Part shown: piece after piece, positions 54,511 to 64,000 of the stretch | Numbering within the stretch: the stretch's first letter is position 1 | Layout of the letters: every line of letters begins with the position of its first letter | Assembly: GCF_001194135.2 (NCBI RefSeq) | Contig: NC_068988.1 | Location: 17,097,975-17,161,974, forward strand | Length of the DNA: 64,000 nucleotides | Source of the DNA: Octopus bimaculoides | Lineage: Eukaryota | Direction: 5' to 3' | The notes under the pieces: model-generated | The model's database searches: none | The model's input: only the letters and a program-made list of their open reading frames with translations | Told to the model about the DNA's origin: nothing | Position numbers and translations under genes: made by a program

Positions 54511-55516
54511 CATGCGTGCGTGTGTTTCTGCCTCTGTCTGTATGTGTGTGTAACAAAACTGTGCTCCAAAAAATAACTCAGCGTAACTGGTGACATGAAC
54601 TTGTACAAATAAAGACAAATAAAGGTATGCTGAACAGTATTCCCGGCAGATTGATGGTTAATTGAAATCGTTTGCGATTCGCTTCGCTTTGACAGAGAAA
54701 GAAAGTGATAATGAACTAACGCATACTGCCATTTGCTATCACCATTGATTTAGGAAGTGGATAATATTAGGAATGAGAAATTCGCCCTAATGACGTGTCT
54801 GCTATTTCGATGGGCAAGACGACACCTTTGAGGATGTGTTTCTACTTCAGTACACGTTATTAAGTACAGCTAACCGTAACTGTAAAAAAGGCACGGGGGC
54901 TTAACATGTATCGAAAGTAGGCACAAATTAAATCGAAGTGTTATTTTCACAATTAAAGAGAAATTCAATGAAGGGAAACAACTCAGCGTTCGGGGTCCTT
55001 AATTTAGACAATAAATATAAATAACCTTGTGATCAATACCACTGTGTTTTTGATGAGGGAATTTCTGTTTGTATGCACATATGTATGAATATGTGTGTGT
55101 GTAAATGCGTGTGTATTTGTGTGTGTATGTGGGGGGGGGGCCTTTTTGTGGCTATATCTGTACTTAAGCTTATAGCGGTGGGAAAATGATACTGGTGTTG
55201 CATGAAAATGTATAAAATTATGTGCTGCCTGTCCTAAGTAACTTTGGTGTTTGATGAATTATGTACAGATCGGTATTTGGTGGAAATCCGAATTATGGCT
55301 CATGGGATCATTGGAGGTGGTATCCATAGACTGAATGAAATAAAAATAACATCATGCAGATGAAGTCATGTTATTTTTTATAGTTTCTGAACGAATTTGA
55401 ATATTCAATGAAACCTCAATTATAAGCAATTTCTTTTCTTTACATGTTCATAAAAATAAATAATTAAAATAAATGATATTTAGTTTGCCTCTTGCTGAAA
55501 TTCAATTTTTTTATAT

Positions 55517-55599
55517 CTAACATTCTTATTTTTTTATTTGCAGGTAAGTTTAAACTGTTCAGAAACGAACTGGAAAATTCTAAATATGGTCAAGTAAGA
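55517..55599 (+). promoter_or_regulatory. Strong 3' splice site fused to 5' splice consensus (CAG|GTAAGT), with a 50-nt candidate exon
   Basis: Branch-like CTAAC (55517-21), T-rich tract, CAG (55541-43), GTAAGT (55544-49), second donor CAA|GTAAGA at 55594. Confidence 0.4.
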
Positions 55600-57386
55600 T
55601 ATATCTTATTTTTCATGAGTCATTTACTTCTACCTTCCAGGTTCATTTGACAATGGATTAAATCGTATAAATCATGTTGTCATTCACTTTTGCTCTGACC
55701 AATTAGCATTTATAATATCAATATAAAAATAATTCAGTGTTTATGTGTCTGGTACATTTGTGAACTTTTATATATGCCTAGTTATTTATGTACGTGTGTG
55801 CACATGTACTTATATATATATATATGTGTGTGTGTAGATATATGAATGCATGGACATGTAGAGTGTGTGTGTGCATATGCATAATACATGTGTGAGTGTT
55901 TGATGTCTATTTATTTAAATGTATGTGTGTATTCATATGTATGTTAGTGTAAAGTAATATTCTATATTATTCTTGCCTTTCAATAAAAATGTTTGTTTTT
56001 AGGTGCAACCTACACACACTAACCACCTTAGAGACATATCGACTGCGTGGGATTGTCTTTAACTTACAATCAATATAAACGCTTAAGATCTTTCGCTAAT
56101 AACAAGCTAAATATCAGAGCGAAATGAAAATAGTCACTCAGAGAATTATTTAGCTGTTTAGAGATTTATCGATCGATAGATAAACTGCATATATGTCAGT
56201 ATCATGGCTTAGCTGTGTTATAGGTACGTATGTTATATTGAGTGCTGAATCTTAGTACGGTGTATCGGAATTGTTTCTTCTAACAAATGCGTTTACGTTT
56301 AAGAGAGTAAAACTGGGATATTGACGAAACATAGATTTATTTCAAAAATACATTATAGAATTGAATTTGTGATAAAAGACAAGAATGAATACTGTAATAT
56401 TCAGATACGTGCAAGAAAACTGCCAAATTAATGCGTTACAATTTCTATTTCGATCAGCGTACACAGTCTACTTTAAGAAATCAAACTTCACGCCGTCATA
56501 GGTAGAGGTGTGTGAGACAATCAATGCTAAAAGGATTTAAAGTAGGAGAAAAAGAAAAAAAAACAATAGTCACAGCTTCAATATCCTTGTATACTATACT
56601 GTGCGTCTTGTTACGGATAATAATATCTAGCAGTTATGAATATATTTCGGAGTTCAGTCGTAATTGCTGAGTAAATACAGAGTATATTTATAAAGTTCAA
56701 TATTAATTTTCTAAAAGATCTTGTGCACTTAAGCTGTTACAAATAATAATTTCACAGAAACCTATATATAATAAACTTATTTGTCAGTTCAGTTTTCTCT
56801 GTATCTTATAAATTGTTAGCTAATCACAAAATCAATAATGTAGAAGACGCGTCGCTTACATTCGGTAAGAAATGCTACCTCATAGCAACATACACAAAAT
56901 ATAGTAATATAAGCATATGATTCAAAATGAAAATCTATTTGTACATTAAACAGAAGAATGCAAATTAAAATATTAGATTAAAAAATAATATAGAAAAAGA
57001 AACGTTAAATACGTTTAGCCGAAAGTAAGATAATCTATAATCAAATATACAAGAAATAGGGAAATAAAAGTATTAATGAAACAAAGCAAATCTATTTCCA
57101 CATCAGGTGGAGTTCAGGTGGAGAATGGCAATGCAATACTACAAAAATATGTACTATAACAATATTTTAACAAAACATTTAAAACACTTCATGCAGTGAT
57201 AGTCAAGAAAGGAACATTGCATCAATGAGACAGTAAATTCTGAAATTCAGCTAGAAAAACACTAAATAATTTCTTAATTATTCAATTATGAGCGATACCT
57301 GTTTTTCAACAAACTTATCAATGTATTTTTTAAGTAGGTGACATATATCTAATATTAATATACATACAGATACATATTATACATAT

Positions 57387-57437
<51 letters not shown>

Positions 57438-57658
57438 NNNNNNNNNNNNNNNNNNNNNNNNNNNNNNNNNNNNNNNNNNNNNNNNNNNNNNNNNNNNNNN
57501 NNNNNNNNNNNNNNNNNNNNNNNNNNNNNNNNNNNNNNNNNNNNNNNNNNNNNNNNNNNNNNNNNNNNNNNNNNNNNNNNNNNNNNNNNNNNNNNNNNNN
57601 NNNNNNNNNNNNNNNNNNNNNNNNNNNNNNNNNNNNNNNNNNNNNNNNNNNNNNNNNN

Positions 57659-57698
<40 letters not shown>

Positions 57699-57764
57699 TA
57701 TGTATATGTATAAATATATACACACATACATATATATACATGTAAACATTTTTGTGTGTGTATG

Positions 57765-57930
57765 TATATCTCCGTGTTTTTCTCCTTGTCTCCGTATTCT
57801 TTCTGTTGAAGAGCGTAGCTCGAAACGTCAAAGACTTTCCGTATTCCCGAGCGTCATACTAATATATACTTTTGTTATTTACACCACCTGTCCTCGTCTG
57901 TTGTTATTATTTGTATATTCTCCCATATAT
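57765..57930 (+). repeat. Short repeat with minimal hammerhead-like motif
   Basis: TCTTT CTGTTGA A GAGC GTA GCTC GAAAC GTC AAAGA (57798-57834). The 3' 80 bp are nearly identical to 63901-63985. Confidence 0.65.
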
Positions 57931-59663
57931 ATATACGAAGGGAGAGAGATGGTTGGCCCTTATGGCATCCATATCTATGTGAATAAAAATTATATTCAAT
58001 AAATTATACGTTCGGAAACGTAATGTAAATTGATGTAATGGGCATTTTAGAATATACAGAAAACAGTCTTCATTCTCTTTCCAGATCTAGATATTTTTCT
58101 CTTAAACAATTAGCTCTACTGAATTAATCTTCATTGTATGCCATGCCTTTTGCATTTTAAACACGAGCTTCTTTATTAACTCTGATTTGTTTTTAAAACA
58201 TTTCACTGCTACTGACAACAAGATTCATGCACTTGCGTTTATATGCTTACTGCTATGTAACGAAATAATCATGGGAGAAGTCACTGCTTATTTGCGGCAC
58301 ATTAACACCTACGCCCCATCGATCTTCATTTTAATTTTATGAATACGAGGAAGATACATTGGATAATATATGTATAGCTATATATATATATANNNNNNNN
58401 NNNNNNNNNNNNNNNNNNNNNNNNNNNNNNNNNNNNNNNNNNNNNNNNNNNNNNNNNNNNNNNNNNNNNNNNNNNNNNNNNNNNNNNNNNNNNNNNNNNN
58501 NNNNNNNNNNNNNNNNNNNNNNNNNNNNNNNNNNNNNNNNNNNNNNNNNNNNNNNNNNNNNNNNNNNNNNNNNNNNNNNNNNNNNNNNNNNNNNNNNNNN
58601 NNNNNNNNNNNNNNNNNNNNNNNNNNNATATGAGCAGCAGTGGTTATCATTTTATTACAGATCTTTTCTCTCAGGTATAGAAGTAATAATTTAAATTATA
58701 TCTGTAATTATCAATCATTAAAATATAAACCATTCTAATTGCAATATTAAGGCTCTAGATCACAGGCAGTTACTATCATATTGCACTCAACTATTATACT
58801 TCCAAAAATTAACCTTAATTTAAATAAGACTTTGTCTTTTTTTATACACAATAGAATATATTTTTCAATTTATTTTGATTTAGACATCAAACAAGAAACT
58901 GATCCGTTTTTGAAATGCTGAGAATTGACCACTTGTACTCAGTGTAGTTACGATTGTAATTCCTACAAAGAAATTCTACACATTGTTTTCTACGCTACGA
59001 AGTGAAACCGCAATATGTATGTGAAGAGATGATTTCTCTTATATCAAGTGGCTTCTAGTACTTTTCTGAAGACAGGAGCAGTAATTTATACAGCTAGTGA
59101 AGGCGTTTGTCTGTCTTCCTCCAATCTCATCATATACTCTGGAAGAAAGATAGAATTACGGCGGTTAGTATTTGATTATGATACTGCTCGATCAATATTG
59201 ATCTCGGTCTAAACCCAAATACCAATGTCCTAATAGACTAACATTTCAAAGCGAAAGTTTTTACGCGAGTTCATTATTTTATTTCCATGTGGCAAAGTGT
59301 AGAGGTAAAGTCTTTTGTCGACGTCACGTCTCGGGAATTTCACACTGCGTGCTTAAAATTTACACACCATGTTTGTACCATCTTTGCAAATTATTGTTGA
59401 AAGAATATAAGACCTGAAATTAGCAAACACGTTGTTTCGAGGCAACGGGTGGGGTTGAGAAATTCTTGATTGTGAGTGTTACGCGCGCACACGCGCGTGT
59501 TTGCTATCTACTGATACAACATGTAATGTCTGAATTCAACAGTTCTAATAACGCCGCAAGGAAATAATAATATATTGTGTAGTCATTCAATTACCAGAGA
59601 ATCTAACATATAGGTTTGTGGTTGTGGTCATATACATACATACATACACCCATGCATACACGC

Positions 59664-59726
<63 letters not shown>

Positions 59727-60796
59727 GTGGGTGTTTGTGCATGTATATGCTTCCATGTGTATTTGTTCTAGGAAGTAGGTTTATGCCCTTAGTAAGCTTA
59801 GTAAGTTGTTATTTAATGTAATCCATTTTGAAACTTATATTTATTTCTTATTTTCATTTCACTCACTTCTCTCTCACTCATTCTTTTTCACTCCATCCGT
59901 CTCTCTATCCTCCTTCAATTTCTTTTTCTCTATTACCATAAACATATTTGAAAATAATCTAGCACAAGAAAAATACAACATTAACAGCAACAGTTACACT
60001 GTCAGAAGAAGCAGGAAAAACAAGAATAGCTACCAACATTCCAATTGATTTCTTTTATTGATCAGTCAGTCAAGACTAGTTTTTCCAGAATTGTATATGT
60101 TTATCATTTTGGTTACATGCCAATGCATACATGCATGCATACGTACATATATACTCACACATACATACTCTCATATCATACATATATATACATATATACA
60201 CATGTATATATAAGCACAAGCACACACACACACACAAAGAAACACACACACATGCACACAAAGATATAATCGCCCAGTTCCCAAACACCGAAATTAAAAT
60301 AACGTGTTCCTCCTAATGACTCCACTGCATTCATATTATGTGTGCTTTTTTCTGTTTTTTTTTTCTTCTTTCTATTGTGACGCAAACTTCAGTGGTTGTT
60401 GTTATAATGAAGAATTGCTTTGTAATCTGTTTTCATTGATACGCTTCCCCACATACAGAGATTAGCATTGACGTTCTATATACACAGCTACTACTAAATT
60501 ACTATTAACCCATTACATGCACCAAAATAATTTATCATTCTACTGTAGCATGCTGTTGTTAGGCCATTCCAGACATTAGTCTCGATAGCTGTAAATGTTA
60601 CTGGAAGCGTAGGTTACCTGGCATGTTTTCAACTATGTCATATTATGTGAAGGTTCCTATAAAGCTTCTTGATTGCTGTAATCATTGTATAGCTTTCCGT
60701 TTGTATTAGCATTAGTCTTTTCTCAATCTTGAGCTTGTAGATACTAGCATTTCTTAGTTTACCATATGCTCATATGTATGTATGTATGTATGTATG

Positions 60797-61160
60797 TTTA
60801 AGGGTTGTGTCAAGTCCTCATTAAAGGCCTGTGATATGCAGGAAACTGACTGGGATAACAATGCCTATCATCGCCACGGATGGAGGAAGCAGGTTAAGGA
60901 TGTTATCGACACTTTTGAGAGAGCACGTATCCAGCATGAAAAACTTAAGCGGGCTGCGAGAAAGCGCACGGCTCGTATAGTGAATGGGGAAAGCTTGGTC
61001 TGCAATGTTTCCAGTCGTGTACGCTTGTCAAGAGCGGGGCTCATTAGCCACCAACGAAGCCGCAAATGCAAAATATAAGTTAGCCCTAGAGCGCACAATG
61101 TTCCTGAAGGTTGTCAATGGTCTTCTTCGGCCACGAGTGGACGGCCATTATGTATGTATG
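60797..61160 (+). mobile_element. 5'-truncated RTE-type LINE 3' end
   Basis: KGCVKSSLKACDM..W...A..R..WR..V...FE..R...K.KRAARK...CNVSSRVRLSRAGLISHQR matches an RTE/BovB-like C terminus with a decayed zinc finger. (TATG)n lies on both sides. Confidence 0.75.
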
Positions 61161-62558
61161 TGTGTGTGTGCGCTGGTACGTGCAAAGTAAGGCGGTTTAT
61201 AGGCGCAGTGTTATCTACTGCTTGCTTAAAAATTGTCTCCCCAGTTATCAGTTTCTGTTCACGAAAACTTTGAGAGTGTGTCTCCTATTGAGCGCGTGTC
61301 TTCTTTGTGCGTGTGTCTCCTATGGTGATCACGCTTTGAATAAAGACGTTGTTTATATAAAGTGTATTCAAAGAGTCCCGATATATTTCTCCTGTAATTC
61401 AACTGACCAGCTTGCCATATTCTGTATCGGTTTAAGGATTCTCTCACGTCTACATGTCTCGAGAGAATAGCCACACATATTTGAGCAAGGCGTTTAGGAG
61501 ATGGAGACCTGAAAATGCCATGATCGTTAATTGAGATTAATATCCACTATAAATGCACGCACGCACGCGTCCCCCCCCCCACACACACACATGAAGAGAG
61601 AGTGAGAGGAAGGAGAAATTTGACTTTTCTGGGTATGGGGAATTTTGTACAGAGTTCACTTCTTAAAACTTGCTTTAATCTGTTTTATCTAGCGGGTAAT
61701 CTACTACACCGAGAGCATATGTCTAACATTGATGAATATTATCAACAAGGCAGTTGGCATTTAGAAGAAGTGTGAAAAAGCATAGAATATTGTGTCCTTC
61801 ATTAGCGATAAGGTGAAGTGAGCAAAAGACAGAAAAATTACGTAATCTATGCTTGAGATATTAGCTGTAAATTAAGGAGTTCCAAATCAATGTGAAAACA
61901 AATAGTAGGAGTGAGGAGCTACGTGTGAGAAAGAGAAAGAAAGAGAAATGAAAAGTGGAGAAGCTAGCCAGTTGTTGTGTAGGAGCAAATGAAGAGGGGT
62001 TGGAGAATAGAATGATAAAAAGTTATTATGGCATTAGAAAAGCGTAAACGATTTGTAGGCAAAATATGATCGAAACCCATATGTGATGTTTTTGAGTTTG
62101 AATATAGGCCCATTTTCGCTTTCATTCGTTTTCAAAAGCGGAATTTTGACAAAGATTTGCATGCTGAGGCAAATATCGGTATTCATTATTTTGGAAAATT
62201 TATAATATAGAAGTCAGAATCATTTAAATTTACACGGCTTTCTTCAATAAATTTTAAGCCACTGTCCTCACGTGAGTGATTTTATGTATACCGATAGCCG
62301 AACGGTTACTGCTATTTCCAGCTCTCAGATATTTACCATTCGCAACGTCAAAGGATGTCGAAACTGGGTGACCTAGTACTCATGGCAGTGGTGGCAATAA
62401 TAATTCTCCGCTAGCTGTGTAAACAAGAGTGCTTCTATGCAGCACAAAACCATGTCACAGATACTCTGGTGGTAAATATCGTAATACAGTGTGTTCTAAT
62501 ACAGCATACACTTTTAAGTGGTGATAAGACACAACACACACACACATACATACTTAAA

Positions 62559-62589
<31 letters not shown>

Positions 62590-63900
62590 TTGTATGTAAT
62601 TGTATTCACGCTCGTTTATTTACATATCTGAAATACGGTGCTTAGGCTGCGTATGTAGATTTATAAATATATACAAAGGAGATTGATTACATGCTAGAAA
62701 TAAAGGCGGAAATATAGCAAGTGTAACAACTTCAATGACAGACAGGATTTGTTATACAAACTCTTCACAGATTTTATGTATACACGCAAAAATATAATTT
62801 CCGAATACAAACATCGATATAACCATGCTACTGATCTTATACTGCTTATTCTTGGATTTGTGCTAAACAATCAAACGAAATCTTATCTTGATAGATTTCA
62901 TGCTTCTGAACAAAAGACATAAAAATCAGATTAGTAAGAAACCCTTGTATACATATTTGCTCTTTGCCTATAACTTAAATGGATATTGTCACAAAATAAT
63001 TAGAGAACATCAGTCTAAAAAGTATCAATTGTTAGAAGTTGGCTACTTCTTGCAGTCTTCATTTTTTTGTATCTTCTTAAGGTTTCTAATATTTCTGCAG
63101 CAGAAGGGTCTCTTCATATATGAATTGGTTTCATGTTATCCAAAGTTCAATGATATTATGTGAATCTTGTGCTACGTGTCTCCGAGTTTTATTTTCTATG
63201 CAAATATTGAGAACATGATTTGTAATCATTTCAAATTTCTTAACTTTTTTATATCGTCTTGTTTATACTAAATATCATTTACGCTTACTGTCAATATCAG
63301 TACAGTTGATATTTTAATATCCCACGTCTCATCCACTCCAGTAAAGTTGCTATTGAAAAACGAGAACAAAACGTTGTTACTTCACTTTACAGCCACTAGA
63401 CATAAGACACCCGAATTTGAACTTCCTTTCTAAATAAATATATAAGGTGAATTGATAAATTTATTGCAATGGTATTCGTATTTCATTGCAAAATTAGCTT
63501 TCATATACTTTACATATCCTATTTTACGTTATTTAGCTCAGCTCTATAGAATTTTGTTTGCTGTAGTATTGCGTGAGGAGGTCTCGAAATATATAGAGAG
63601 TAGTAAGGTTTCAGATTTAAGCTCCCAGGAAAGTATTTTAGCCTTGTGTTTTCTGTTATTGCTCTGGGATGACGAATTCATTGTGAATGAATTTCGAAGA
63701 AGTAAACTGCACATGCTTCATATAAGAATCGTCCTTCATTCGGCAATAGTTGTAACAGGATAGTTAAACACAGCTATTCTTTGAATATTTTTGCACCAGC
63801 TAAGCCCCAGTGTTAAATATAAAAATAGATTCTGGAAAAAACCACATATTTTCCTTATTTTTCATTATCACTAATATCATCATGTCGTCGTTGTTCTGAT

Positions 63901-63985
63901 CCGAGCGTCATACTAATATATACTTTTGTTATTTACACCACCTGTCCTCGTCTGTTGTTATTTTTTGTATATTCTCCCATATATG
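63901..63985 (+). repeat. 3' fragment of the 57765 repeat family
   Basis: Near-identical to 57847-57930; lacks the ribozyme part. Confidence 0.85.
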
Positions 63986-64000
63986 TATATATATATATAT

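Noticed and set aside
61165-61400. Solo-LTR-like segment with AATAAAG
   Set aside because: No second LTR, clear TG..CA ends, TSD or primer-binding site could be identified.

Overview
AT-rich metazoan genomic DNA with no recognisable intact protein-coding gene. It is most likely a long intron or intergenic stretch of a cephalopod (Octopus-like) draft genome; the organism is inferred from recalled SINE/LINE families, not from a search. About 5 kb (~8%) is N gaps, almost all flanked by microsatellites. Most ORFs in the supplied track are artefacts of microsatellites or gaps. The recognisable content is transposon debris: three tRNA-derived SINE families, two mariner relics, CR1/L2-group endonuclease and 3'-end fragments, two RTE-type 3' ends with C2H2 fingers, a Tx1/L1 RT relic, and Penelope-like (PLE) GIY-YIG and RT fragments. 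The most striking signal is an apparently complete, canonical type I hammerhead ribozyme at 4674-4724, embedded in a ~570-bp nested inverted-repeat element. Five more hammerhead-like motifs, minimal or degenerate, occur elsewhere in the window. A possible recursive splice site / 50-nt exon lies at 55544. All structural calls were made by eye and need computational confirmation.
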